This document shows, piece after piece, positions 29,838 to 39,508 of a stretch of DNA of 64,000 nucleotides; the first letter of the stretch is position 1; each line of letters opens with the position of its first letter. The stretch covers positions 46,455 through 110,454 of the forward strand of contig DVHL01000036.1 in the NCBI GenBank assembly GCA_018712065.1, read 5' to 3'. A program made the translations under genes and the position numbers. The DNA comes from Candidatus Fimimonas gallinarum (GTDB lineage Bacteria > Bacillota > Clostridia > Christensenellales > CAG-314). The notes below the pieces were generated by a model. It had not been told where the DNA came from and made no database searches. It saw nothing but the letters and a program-made list of their open reading frames with translations.

Positions 29838-31664
29838 ATGCAAAGAGAAGATGTAAGAAACATAGCAATTATCGCACACGTCGACCACGGCAAGACAACG
29901 CTTGTGGACCAACTTTTGAAGCAAAGCGGTATTTTCCGCTCCAACGAAGTTGTTGCCGACAGAGTAATGGACAGCAACGACATTGAGCGTGAAAGAGGAA
30001 TAACCATTCTTGCAAAAAACACGGCGGTGCATTACAAGGGAACGAAAATAAACATTATCGACACCCCGGGACACGCCGATTTCGGCGGCGAGGTGGAACG
30101 CATCTTGTCCATGGTGGATGGCGTACTTCTTCTGGTGGACGCCATAGAAGGCTGCATGCCGCAAACGAGGTACGTTTTGAAAAAAGCGTTGGGCTTGGGC
30201 AAAAAAGCGCTTGTGGTCATCAACAAGGTGGATAAGGGTGAATTTGACGAACAACAGTTGCAGGAACAGATTTTGGAACTGTTTATGGAATTGGGCGCAA
30301 CGGACGACCAGTTTGACTTCAAAATTATTTACGCATCGGCAAAACAGGGCTGGGCAACAAACAAACTCGGCGAGCCGGGCGTGGACATGAAACCACTGTT
30401 GGACGCAATATTGACGGAGATTCCCGCACCGGAAGGGGACATAGAGGGCGGTTTGCAACTGCTGATATGCAATATCGACTACGACGAATACGTCGGCAGA
30501 ATAGGTATCGGCAAGGTGAACAGGGGCAAAATTTACGACGGACAGCAGGTAATGGTTTGCCACAAAGACAACAAGTTCAACACGGCGAAGGTTGCCAGAC
30601 TGTATCAGTTTGACGGTTTGAAGCGTGTGGAATGTACCGAAGGTTCCATGGGCGACATTGTTGCAGTAAACGGCATTGCCGACATGAACATAGGCGAAAC
30701 ACTGTGCTCGATAGACTGCGTGGAACCGCTTCCCTTCGTCAACATAGACGAGCCCACCATTTCTATGGTGTTTTCCGTCAACAACAGTCCTTTTGCAGGC
30801 AAAGAAGGCAAGTACGTTACCAGCAGACACCTGCGTGCAAGACTGTTTAAGGAAGTGGAAACAAACGTTTCCATGCGTGTGGAAGAAACGGACAGCCCCG
30901 ACAGTTTCAAAGTGTACGGCAGAGGGGAACTGCACCTTTCCATTCTTATTGAAAACATGCGCCGTGAAGGGTACGAATTTCAGGTGTCCCGTCCCAAAGT
31001 TATTTTCAAAGAGGTGAACGGCGAAAAATACGAACCCATGGAATACCTTGTTGTGGAAGTGCCGGAAGCGTACGTCGGCACGGTAATGAACAAGTTGGGC
31101 GCACGCAAAGGCGAACTTGTCAACATGTATCCCGACAATCAGGGCTCTACAAGGCTGGAATTCCGCATTCCCGCACGCTGTCTGATTGGTTACAGAAGCG
31201 AAATGCTTACCGACACCAAAGGCTTTGGCGTGATGAGCAGTGTTTTTGACGGTTACGAACCCTACAAGGGGGACGTGCAGGAAAGATCGAGAGGAAGTTT
31301 GGTGTGCTTTGAAGACGGCGTTACCACCGCTTACGGGCTGTTCAACGCACAGGAACGTTGCCGTCTGTTTGTGGGCGTGGGATTGCCCGTCTACGCAGGA
31401 ATGATCGTTGGCGAAAACAGCCGTGAAGACGACATAACCGTTAACGTGTGCAAAACCAAGCACCTCACAAACAACCGTGCAAGCGGCTCCGACGAGGCGT
31501 TGAAACTTACACCGCCCACGGTGCTGAGCCTCGAACAGTGCCTGGAATTCATAAACGACGACGAATTGGTGGAAGTTACACCCACGTCCATACGTCTGCG
31601 CAAGGCAATTCTTGACCACAGCGAACGCATGCGTATCTGGGCAAGAAACAACAAAAAATCCTGA
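29838..31664 (+). CDS. typA: translational GTPase TypA/BipA
   Basis: [42 protein letters not shown]. 608 aa. Start at ATG 29838 after ACGGAG. Confidence 0.95.
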   Translation: MQREDVRNIAIIAHVDHGKTTLVDQLLKQSGIFRSNEVVADRVMDSNDIERERGITILAKNTAVHYKGTKINIIDTPGHADFGGEVERILSMVDGVLLLVDAIEGCMPQTRYVLKKALGLGKKALVVINKVDKGEFDEQQLQEQILELFMELGATDDQFDFKIIYASAKQGWATNKLGEPGVDMKPLLDAILTEIPAPEGDIEGGLQLLICNIDYDEYVGRIGIGKVNRGKIYDGQQVMVCHKDNKFNTAKVARLYQFDGLKRVECTEGSMGDIVAVNGIADMNIGETLCSIDCVEPLPFVNIDEPTISMVFSVNNSPFAGKEGKYVTSRHLRARLFKEVETNVSMRVEETDSPDSFKVYGRGELHLSILIENMRREGYEFQVSRPKVIFKEVNGEKYEPMEYLVVEVPEAYVGTVMNKLGARKGELVNMYPDNQGSTRLEFRIPARCLIGYRSEMLTDTKGFGVMSSVFDGYEPYKGDVQERSRGSLVCFEDGVTTAYGLFNAQERCRLFVGVGLPVYAGMIVGENSREDDITVNVCKTKHLTNNRASGSDEALKLTPPTVLSLEQCLEFINDDELVEVTPTSIRLRKAILDHSERMRIWARNNKKS

Positions 31665-31679
31665 TATTTTACAGCAATA

Positions 31680-31764
31680 AAAAAAGTCGCATCACCTTAG
31701 GCATGCGACTTTTTTATTTGTTGCAATACGGCGCAATCAACATGTTGACTGCGCCGTATTTTTG
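31680..31764 (+). terminator. two consecutive hairpin terminators after typA
   Basis: AGTCGCAT/ATGCGACT followed by T6 (31685-31715), then AATACGGCGCA/TGCGCCGTATT followed by T-run (31725-31764). Confidence 0.65.
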
Positions 31765-31926
31765 ATATTTATTGACCTTGTTTTTACGTTGTTACAAATT
31801 GTTGTTTGTCCGTTGTTATTTGTGTTTCCGAAAGGTGCATTTTCCATTGCCGATTTGTACAACTTGCAACACTGCGAAAATCATTTTCTTAAATGGCGAT
31901 TTTGGGAAAGTTACGGCAGGCTGTTT

Positions 31927-32196
31927 TTACGGTTCCTGCCGTACGGTATTTTTGTGATATTTTCTTCCGTTTTTGTTTATTTTTTTTATCGGGTCGCCGT
32001 AAATATCCTTGCCTTGTGCGTATAACTCTTGCGCCTTACCTAGTGGCAAAGGGTTAGGACCTATCAAATCGTCGTCGAACAAGTCTTTTTCATCCCACAA
32101 GAAACCGTCGCAAACCCAGCAACATTGAGGACACTCATCATAAAAATCCCCCTCAAATTTCGTCCCACAACATGGACATGTCATTTCTCTTTTCAT
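31927..32196 (-). CDS. cysteine-rich CPCC-family protein
   Basis: MTCPCCGTKFEGDFYDECPQCCWVCD matches the CPCC cysteine-rich domain pattern. 89 aa. Confidence 0.7.
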   Translation of the reverse strand: MKREMTCPCCGTKFEGDFYDECPQCCWVCDGFLWDEKDLFDDDLIGPNPLPLGKAQELYAQGKDIYGDPIKKINKNGRKYHKNTVRQEP

Positions 32197-32345
32197 ACTA
32201 TCTCCAGTTTATCTTGTATTTTAATCTTTTTGATTTTGCTTACGGTTTTTTCATACGGTTGGGCAACGAGTTGTTGCGTGAACCTTTGTTTTTTTGGGAA
32301 AAGCAACAATCAACTTTCGGAAGAATTTTGCTGTTGTTGACGGGT

Positions 32346-33875
32346 TTAGGAATTTTCGCCTTCGGATGTCGGTTCGGCGTAGTCTGCCGTCTTTTCGTTT
32401 GGCAAAACACCGTCACCAATTGTTGCGGTACTTTGTGGAAGCAGATACAGTGTGCATATCGGCTGTTCGTACCTTTCGCCACGGCATTTTTCCAAAACAA
32501 TCATCTGGAAAGTGATGAAGAAAATGAAAATCGGTTCCAACAGTCCCACGTCCACAAGCGACTGCCCCTCAAAGGCAATCCAGGAGATGAATACAAACAG
32601 CGGGAATCGGTTTTTGATGTTGCCTTTTACAAACACGGCTTTCAGACGCATTGCGTAGTAGTAGAGGTACGCCAACACACCGACAATGCCCATTGAAGCA
32701 AGAATTTCCATGACGGTGGAATGGAACCAGTCCATTTTTGAAATGGTAACGTCGTTTACCATTTCCACATGCCCGATGCCGACGCCGAAAATGGGATGCT
32801 GCTTGAACAGTTGCCAAGCCTTGTCGTACAGACCGCCCTCTTCGCCACGCCAACTGGTACCGTTTATTATCAGATCGCCGTTTTCGAAACGTATTTCTAT
32901 TGCGGAAAATCTTTCCCACAGCGAAGCCAATGCATCCCCCACCTTATTGTGGAAAACCAGGCAAAACAGTAACGCAACGGCGACTGTTGCGCCTAAGGCA
33001 ATAAGAAGTTGCCGTCTGTTTCCCTTGACAAACGCCATTACCAACGCCACAACAAATGCAATGCATCCGAAAAGGACGCCACCACGGGAAAGTGTAACCA
33101 ACAGGCAGGCAAACTGAACAAACGCCACCACCATGTACAAGGCGGAAAATTTGCCTTCACGTGTGCACAGATACAAACTCATTACAAACGCAAAGGGGAA
33201 AAAGGTGGCAATCATGTTGCGATTGCCCCAACCGACATCCCAATACAGGTCCAGCCACTGCGAAGGGGACTTTCCCGATTGCAACACCACAGTTGCCAAT
33301 TCCGCACACACAACTAGCCCCACTGCCACGCAGATTTTTGCAAAATGCACGGGCAAATCTACCTTGCCGTCGCCGTGAACGTAGTTGGCGCCCAAAAAAT
33401 AGATTGCCAAAAATCCTATGCCCAAAATGGAAACGAGAGGAAGGGCACGCAGATAGTTTTGTGCGGAAATTGTGCCCAAACCGCCGAATATCAGCGCAAT
33501 GCTAACTGCCAACTGTGGCAAGAACATTGTTCCGAGGCGGAATTTTCGGGGAGCGTTTTTCCACAGGAAAAATCCCAGACAAAGCACGAATATTACCGCC
33601 AGCGGCCACAGCGAAAAGTATCTTTCGGCGGATGTATCACGCACAACGGTCAACACTGCCAAAATGGGTAAAAAAATTGCCGATGCGTCTTTTGCAAAAA
33701 GCAGAGTAACGCTTGCCAACAGCGACACAACCACTATGCCTACGATGGACCATTCAAGATACCACATCAGAAAGGCAAAAATGCACAAAAGCCCAGTGTA
33801 CAGGTCGCTGTACACTGCCTTTTGAATAAAATCGGATGTTTTTGTGTAGATATTTTTCAACTTTGCAGTGTTCAT
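32346..33875 (-). CDS. O-antigen ligase/polymerase-like (Wzy_C) polytopic membrane protein
   Basis: At least 10 TM helices. LSRGGVLFG loop, and a periplasmic loop followed by HPIFGVGIGH as in the Wzy_C/O-antigen ligase family. Confidence 0.6.
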   Translation of the reverse strand: MNTAKLKNIYTKTSDFIQKAVYSDLYTGLLCIFAFLMWYLEWSIVGIVVVSLLASVTLLFAKDASAIFLPILAVLTVVRDTSAERYFSLWPLAVIFVLCLGFFLWKNAPRKFRLGTMFLPQLAVSIALIFGGLGTISAQNYLRALPLVSILGIGFLAIYFLGANYVHGDGKVDLPVHFAKICVAVGLVVCAELATVVLQSGKSPSQWLDLYWDVGWGNRNMIATFFPFAFVMSLYLCTREGKFSALYMVVAFVQFACLLVTLSRGGVLFGCIAFVVALVMAFVKGNRRQLLIALGATVAVALLFCLVFHNKVGDALASLWERFSAIEIRFENGDLIINGTSWRGEEGGLYDKAWQLFKQHPIFGVGIGHVEMVNDVTISKMDWFHSTVMEILASMGIVGVLAYLYYYAMRLKAVFVKGNIKNRFPLFVFISWIAFEGQSLVDVGLLEPIFIFFITFQMIVLEKCRGERYEQPICTLYLLPQSTATIGDGVLPNEKTADYAEPTSEGENS

Positions 33876-34106
33876 TTTGTTGAAATCCCGTTTGTTGGTT
33901 TGGGGCGTTTTTCTTTGGTACGGCTAAAACGCTCACACGCTCGCTTTGACTTTTGGGGCGTGTGTCGGTTGCCCATACAGCCACATTCCAAAAGAAATAT
34001 TTGCAGAGTGTGCTACTATATTACCAAATATAACAAAAGGGTGCAAGTGTTTAACACAAAAATAACGGTGCAAACACACCGTTTACACCGTTACTTTGTC
34101 GCAAGA

Positions 34107-34382
34107 CTATTCGTTGCGAAGCGTTTTGTGTTGAGAATACTTGTAATCACGTTGGGTTTTTTCGTCCTCAACCATGTGAGCACGGGAAACAATAAGCCAC
34201 ACCAGCATGTAGATACCTGCGATACCCACAAGAATGTAGATGAGGCGTTCCAACCACACCATGCCGAAAGTAATCCAAGTAACAAAGTTGAAAGTGAAAA
34301 TACCAACCAACAACCAGTTTAGCGCACCGATAATCGTCAAAACAAGCGCAATTACCGACAACACATTGAATGTCTTTCTCAA
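34107..34382 (-). CDS. DUF378 family small membrane protein
   Basis: Start at TTG 34382, 7 nt after AAGGAGG. LTIIGALNWLLVGIF...RLIYILVGIAGIY is the DUF378 pattern. Confidence 0.75.
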   Translation of the reverse strand: MRKTFNVLSVIALVLTIIGALNWLLVGIFTFNFVTWITFGMVWLERLIYILVGIAGIYMLVWLIVSRAHMVEDEKTQRDYKYSQHKTLRNE

Positions 34383-34724
34383 AGTTGCTTCCTCCTTGTT
34401 TAATTGTACTTGTAGTATGAGTAGCAAAAAACAAAATATACAAAACAAACCGACATACCTCTAAAAGAGATAGAAACGGCAACTGTAACTCAAAAGCAGA
34501 AAAAAGATGAAAAAACGTCAGGTTTTGAAATTTAACGCCGATGAACTTTGCAAAACACATTACAAAAGGCAACACGCACGAACTTTAAAATCTAAAAACG
34601 GATAAGCACGAACTTACAAACAAAATGCAACTGTTTTTTGCAGAAAAAGACAGTGCGAAACCGACAAAACCGACTGATGGTTTGCAATTACAAAACATTT
34701 GACGGTTGTTACTGCACAAAAAAA

Positions 34725-35125
34725 CGCTGTGGGCAAAAAACTTGCCCACCGACAAAACTCGTCTTGTAAGGTTTTTGCCTGTTTAACACCACATAATCAA
34801 AACTTCTACTGCGAAAAACAGCGGGTAAAAGACAAAAGTTTTTGCAGATTTTGCAACAAACCGACGTGCGAAAAACTTGCCCACCGACAAAACTCGTCTT
34901 GTACGGTTTTTGCCTGTGTAAACACGACACAATCAAAACTTCTACTGCGAAAAACAGCGGTTAACAGACAAAAGTTTTTGCAGTTTTTGCAATAAACGCC
35001 GTGCGAAAAAATTGTCCACCTGCGAAACTTGCATTGCGCAGAGTTTTTCCTGAGTAAACAGGTCATTTTCAAAACTTCTACTGCGAAAAACAGCGGTTAA
35101 CAGACAAAAGTTTTTGCAACGAAAA
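34725..35125. repeat. tandem repeat, ~135 bp unit, 3 copies (34725-34861, 34862-34996, 34997-35125)
   Basis: Recurring blocks include CAAAACTTCTACTGCGAAAAACAGCGG.TAA.AGACAAAAGTTTTTGCA in all three units. Units 1 and 2 are about 90% identical; unit 3 diverges in its 5' half. Confidence 0.85.
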
Positions 35126-35217
35126 CACCGTGTACAACAACACAAATTCCGAAAGACTGTACAACTACAACCGTCCACTTGTGTACAAAAAGTTTGATAC
35201 CGTACAAAAAAACTGCG

Positions 35218-36402
35218 TCAATCCGACGCAGTTTGATGTTTTTGTTTTTCAGAAAGCAACGACTGTTGTTCCACCGCAATATTGAGTTTCGTAGTGCAGC
35301 CCACGTCCTTTAGCCTGTGGAAACGGTACACCGCCTCTTGCGTTGGCAGATACACAAAATTGTTGTCGAAAGACAATGTGTAAAAGGTGCCTGTAGGGTA
35401 GTACAGTTTTTCGCCGTTTTCAATTTCCACACTTATTGCGTTGCTGTCATGCCTGATTTGCGCATACCCCAAAGCAACGTACTTGCCTCCGACCAGTTTC
35501 TGAGCGGCGAAAGGTTCGTCAAAGACGTAGGTGCCTTCCAGAAGTTGAGTTTTGACGCCATTTTCCTGCCAGCGGTACCAATCCACCACCTTGTCAAACT
35601 CTCCCCCCTGCAACTGTCCAAACTTGTTTTGCACCACGCTTTTGCCGCAGGATGCGCAGCTGAGAGTGTTGCCTTTTGCCGTCATGGCAAATTCCTTTCC
35701 GCACGACGGGCATTTGTACAAAATGTTTTCCAGCCCTTCCGCAAGGTCGGGCACGTCAATTTCGATACCGTTTTTCAACTGATAGGCGTAGTCGTCGTAG
35801 TTGAGATTTGCGCAAATGCGCTGAAAAATCTCGTCGACGGAAAGTTTTTTCACCTCGTCGCCGTCCACAGCCACCTTGACTTCCGCCGTTACGGGTACAA
35901 ATCTTGCCGACGCCGCCCAGCGTGGACGGTACAGGTAACTGCCGTTGAAACACACCGTTACCAAAGGCACTTTGAACATTTTTACAAGTTTTGCGACTGA
36001 TGGTTTAATTATGTTGGGTACGCCGACCACCGAAAGTTTTGCCTCGGGATAAATTACCACGGGACGATTGTGTTGCAAACAGTACCGTATCGAAGAAAGC
36101 AACGACATGTCCAACGTAAACTGTTTTTTGGGCAAAATTCCCATGTGCATGATTAGTTTGGGCCACTGCACAATTTGCGTTTCGCTTGCCACAAAATTTC
36201 CGCAGTGAGGATACATCATTTTTATCAGACTGCACACATCCACAAAACTGCAATGGTTTGCCAGCACTATGTAGGGCGGTTGCAACTCAGAAAGGGTACC
36301 GTCGTGAATGAGTTTTATTTTCTTTTTGACAAAGTTGTTTCCGTAAAACAGCAGTGCGCCACGCAAAAGGCTTTTCTTTGCCAAAATTGGTTTTTTACGC
36401 AT
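35218..36402 (-). CDS. lysophospholipid (PlsC-type) acyltransferase family protein with a C-terminal zinc-ribbon-containing extension
   Basis: NHCSFVD (HX4D acyltransferase motif), YPEAK block, CPSCGKEF...CASCGKS ribbon. Confidence 0.7.
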   Translation of the reverse strand: MRKKPILAKKSLLRGALLFYGNNFVKKKIKLIHDGTLSELQPPYIVLANHCSFVDVCSLIKMMYPHCGNFVASETQIVQWPKLIMHMGILPKKQFTLDMSLLSSIRYCLQHNRPVVIYPEAKLSVVGVPNIIKPSVAKLVKMFKVPLVTVCFNGSYLYRPRWAASARFVPVTAEVKVAVDGDEVKKLSVDEIFQRICANLNYDDYAYQLKNGIEIDVPDLAEGLENILYKCPSCGKEFAMTAKGNTLSCASCGKSVVQNKFGQLQGGEFDKVVDWYRWQENGVKTQLLEGTYVFDEPFAAQKLVGGKYVALGYAQIRHDSNAISVEIENGEKLYYPTGTFYTLSFDNNFVYLPTQEAVYRFHRLKDVGCTTKLNIAVEQQSLLSEKQKHQTASD

Positions 36403-36549
36403 GTTTTTTCCTCGTTGTAAATTTCACAAGTCAACAAAAGTTGACTACGTCTTGACAAATATTATACCAACTTATTGCGATAAGGTCAAGAGCTGAAATG
36501 TTTGGGACAACAAAAACCGCCTGCATTGCAAGCGGTGAAAACAAGGTCG

Positions 36550-36837
36550 TTACCTGTCTATTTCGTTTTTTATGTAATTTACGACGTCATCGGGAATAAG
36601 GTGCATGCTTATTGCCCAGTCAATGACGTATTTGTCCGTCTTGCGGTACTCCAACAGTGCCTGTTTGGACGCTTCGTCCTCTTGCGCCTGACGAACCATC
36701 GTTGTGAGTTTTTCTTTTGTGGCGTTGAGACTTGGAAGTTGCGTGAGAAAAGCCAGCAATATGCACAGCAGAAACACCACTACCACAATTGCCGCCACAG
36801 TCAGAATCGCCGTCTTTTTTTTGTAGAACAAATTCAT
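36550..36837 (-). CDS. septum formation initiator-like (DivIC/FtsB family) bitopic protein
   Basis: N-terminal TM plus a coiled-coil-like segment. Sits in the divIC position after yabP-yabQ. Confidence 0.45.
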   Translation of the reverse strand: MNLFYKKKTAILTVAAIVVVVFLLCILLAFLTQLPSLNATKEKLTTMVRQAQEDEASKQALLEYRKTDKYVIDWAISMHLIPDDVVNYIKNEIDR

Positions 36838-37159
36838 TGTCTTTTACCGCCTTTTGGGAAGTAGCAAAATTATACAACCTGCGTGCCAAATTGTCAAGTG
36901 TACGTTTGGAAGTTCTTACGGCGAAAATTATTCCCAACACCAATGCAAAGGGCAAAAAAAGTCGAAATTCACCGTTGTTGACACGCAAGTTCAGCGCCCA
37001 CAACGCCCAAAGGGCAAACAGACAGTACACAGCGTCAAACACCGTAGAAGCAATGCCCTTCAAAAGTCCCGTGCAGAACATGTAGGGAACAGACAGCAAA
37101 ACGCCGCATGCAAAAAACGCCAGAAATACGTACAGTTGAGTTATGTTTTCTCCCAACAT
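36620..37159 (-). CDS. yabQ: spore cortex biosynthesis protein YabQ (3' end uncertain; the open frame runs 218 nt into the next gene)
   Basis: MLGENITQLYVFLAFFACGV...NNGEFRLFLPFALVLGII resembles YabQ. Its ATG overlaps the yabP stop (TGATG). Confidence 0.6.
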   Translation of the reverse strand: MLGENITQLYVFLAFFACGVLLSVPYMFCTGLLKGIASTVFDAVYCLFALWALWALNLRVNNGEFRLFLPFALVLGIIFAVRTSKRTLDNLARRLYNFATSQKAVKDNEFVLQKKDGDSDCGGNCGSGVSAVHIAGFSHATSKSQRHKRKTHNDGSSGARGRSVQTGTVGVPQDGQIRH

Positions 37160-37404
37160 CAGCGGAAAAACCCCTTTACGCCCAGCGAGTTTTGTCGGTA
37201 GGTCAGCGATTGCAGCGATTTTGTTTCCATTTGCACTACCCCCTGTTCTCTGTCGAGTTTGACTACGTTTAACCCCGTGCCTTTGACATACAGGGTGTTT
37301 TGCGCCAGTTTGAGTTGCGCTTCCCTGTCGCAGATTTCCACCACCTTTTCCACCCCGTTGACGGTGAGAATGTTGTTTTGCACGGAAAGACTGTGTTGCG
37401 TCAT
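37159..37404 (-). CDS. yabP: sporulation protein YabP
   Basis: LSVQNNILTVNGVEKVVEICDREAQLKLAQNTLYVKGTGLNVVKLDREQGVVQMETKSLQSLTY fits the YabP family pattern. Confidence 0.8.
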   Translation of the reverse strand: MTQHSLSVQNNILTVNGVEKVVEICDREAQLKLAQNTLYVKGTGLNVVKLDREQGVVQMETKSLQSLTYRQNSLGVKGFFR

Positions 37405-37749
37405 ATTTTTCCCCTTGCAATACTATATGCAAAAAAACTCCGAAACTTCACTTGAAGACAAAATCCGTCGCACGTTGCTTGTCGGCTTGGCTTTTTTCTG
37501 ATTGTATGCTGCGGCTGGCTGACGAAAGAATAATACCGCTTATGCCGACAAACAAATCCGGTTTGAAGCAGACTTGGAAGTGATTCGTAATGTCGCCGTA
37601 CAACATTGCTGTGCCGAAATTTGTCGATTGCATTTTGCTTGTACAAAAATGACGGTATTTAGCCCTTTGGTATTGACAAAAACACTACCTGCATATATGA
37701 TATTATTATCATCGGCGTAACAACGTCGGCAAAAAAAGGGGGTAATAAT

Positions 37750-39063
37750 ATGAGATGTTCGAACTGTCAAGCGGAAAACACTGCCGATTCGGTATTTTGC
37801 ACAAAATGCGGACACAAACTGGATGTAGCGCAACCGTCCGACGCAACAACTGTCCAAGCGACAACTTGCGAAAAGAACGTACCGGGCACGTCTTGCAAAT
37901 TTAAGAGCCTTGTTTGTTGCGTAAAACCTAAGCCGTTGTACACGGCAAGCAACTTGCTGGCTTTTTTGGCGGCTTTTGCTTCCTTCCTGTTTTTGTTTGC
38001 CATCGGAGCATCTTCCGCTACCAAACAGGGAAGTTTGACTTTGACGGAGTCGCCCTACGTCACGCTGTACTACTTTTTTGACGATGTCTACCGTACCGAC
38101 GTTACAATGACGGCGGCGCAAAACAACGTTTACACCACCGGCGCCGTGTTGGGTACGGTTGTGTGCGCACTTGGAATCATCTGCACAACCGTTTGCTTTT
38201 TGATTACCGCAATACGCAGTATAAATGCAGTAAAAAAAGCAAGCAAAAAAAGCCTGTTGCCTGTTTCCACAGCCACATTTTTAAGTTTTCTTTGCACTGC
38301 GGTTCTGTTTAAGCATTGCATTGCGCTGGAAAATCAACTTCCCACAATGAAAGTTGCGCAAGTATTCACGCTTAACGGCGCAACCATAGCAGGTATTACT
38401 ATCGGAGCAATCGCCCTGCTGATGTCCATTGTTGCAAACACCGTTGCCAAAGTTAAAGAGGGCAACAGTTGTGGCAGAATGCTGTCCGACGCTGTTGCTA
38501 CGGGATTTTTGGGAATAATAGCCGTTGTTCTCGTCAGCATGCTGGCAAAAGGCGTGTTTACCTACGTAGATTCGAACGACACTACCATGACGTACGGATT
38601 GAGTTCCCTTTTGATGGAAATTTCCTCCGCTTTTTCCAGCGAACTGAGCGATTTGTCATTGGTCAGCAATTTTATCATAATTTCCGCAGTGGCTGTCGTC
38701 GTTGCCATTGCAACTTGCACGCTTCTTACGGTAGCCTTTGCAAAAACTGCCGGCGCATCGGAAAAAGTAACGCAACAATCCACCGTACTGTTGTTTATCT
38801 TCGGCGGACTTGGCGCAATGATACTTGGCGCATTGATGATAGTGCTTGGCGGTTTGTTCTTAACGCAAAAGTATTCTACCTACGAAAGCGTGATAAGAAT
38901 AGTTACACCCTCCGTATTTGTGATAATATCGGGAATTTTGTTGCTTGTAGGTTCTGTGGTGTACAGGGTAATACGCTTCCCCGCAGACAATGAGAAAGAT
39001 GAAACCAACACAGCAGAAACGCAACAGCAAGCGGAGCAACAGACGCCTGAAACGGCACAGTAA
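37750..39063 (+). CDS. zinc-ribbon domain protein with a polytopic membrane domain (function unknown)
   Basis: N-terminal CSNCQAENTADSVFCTKCG ribbon, then about 9-10 hydrophobic helices and a Q/E/T-rich tail. Confidence 0.65.
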   Translation: MRCSNCQAENTADSVFCTKCGHKLDVAQPSDATTVQATTCEKNVPGTSCKFKSLVCCVKPKPLYTASNLLAFLAAFASFLFLFAIGASSATKQGSLTLTESPYVTLYYFFDDVYRTDVTMTAAQNNVYTTGAVLGTVVCALGIICTTVCFLITAIRSINAVKKASKKSLLPVSTATFLSFLCTAVLFKHCIALENQLPTMKVAQVFTLNGATIAGITIGAIALLMSIVANTVAKVKEGNSCGRMLSDAVATGFLGIIAVVLVSMLAKGVFTYVDSNDTTMTYGLSSLLMEISSAFSSELSDLSLVSNFIIISAVAVVVAIATCTLLTVAFAKTAGASEKVTQQSTVLLFIFGGLGAMILGALMIVLGGLFLTQKYSTYESVIRIVTPSVFVIISGILLLVGSVVYRVIRFPADNEKDETNTAETQQQAEQQTPETAQ

Positions 39064-39097
39064 TCTGCAACGCCCGAAACAGAGCGTTGAAAGTAAA

Positions 39098-39127
39098 CAA
39101 AGCCACAACATGTTTGTGGCTTTTTCT
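39098..39127 (+). terminator. rho-independent terminator
   Basis: Stem AGCCACAA/TTGTGGCT followed by T5. Confidence 0.65.
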
Positions 39128-39164
39128 TTGCCCGAAAAAATTTGCGGATGTGCTCAACGGCATA

Positions 39165-39385
39165 TTACAAAAAACGTTAGCGAGTATAAGCATACTGCAA
39201 ACGCAGAATTACAAAAGTGCCGAAAAATTTGTAAATATACCCTCAAAAATATACAAAAAAGTTAGCGGAAACAAGCGTAAGCAAATTCAAAATTGCACTA
39301 CAAACTGAAAATTTTGCAAATGTATTCAACGGCAAATTTGCAAAAAAGCAGCAGGTACCATATAAAACGTTAGCGGAAACACAGA
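39165..39385. repeat. degenerate direct repeats with core AAAA(C)GTTAGCG at 39176, 39261 and 39369
   Basis: The core motif occurs three times at 85 and 108 nt spacing. Flanking sequence is loosely similar, roughly 70-75% by eye. Confidence 0.5.
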
Positions 39386-39442
39386 AAACGGACGGAAAGT
39401 TACATTTTTTACGTGTTGAACCTGAAAATATAATTCACCACA

Positions 39443-39478
39443 ACAAAAAACGCCTTTTGCTTTTGCAAAGGGCGTTTT
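39443..39478 (-). terminator. rho-independent terminator downstream of cysS
   Basis: Long imperfect stem AACGCCTTTTGC/GCAAAGGGCGTT with a T-run on the minus strand. Confidence 0.6.
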
Positions 39479-39508
39479 GTTAAATCTGGTGTTTGGGGCA
39501 AAGTTGCA

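Noticed and set aside
29670-31619. 649-aa minus-strand ORF, longer than many real genes. Similar antisense ORFs lie at 2616-3608, 10017-11111, 13190-14434, 15904-17040, 17891-19279, 19462-20529, 27592-28875, 39836-40957, 40987-42453, 42731-44320 and 62611-63783.
   Set aside because: Each lies exactly antisense and in register with a gene carrying unmistakable conserved motifs (typA, clpC, thyA, glmM, glpK, serS and others). Their translations are F/V/H/C-rich low-information sequence. They are a by-product of the TTA/CTA/TCA codon avoidance reported as a finding.
31762-32025. 87-aa plus-strand hydrophobic ORF after typA.
   Set aside because: It starts inside the typA terminator region, has no RBS, and overlaps the better-supported CPCC-family gene on the opposite strand.
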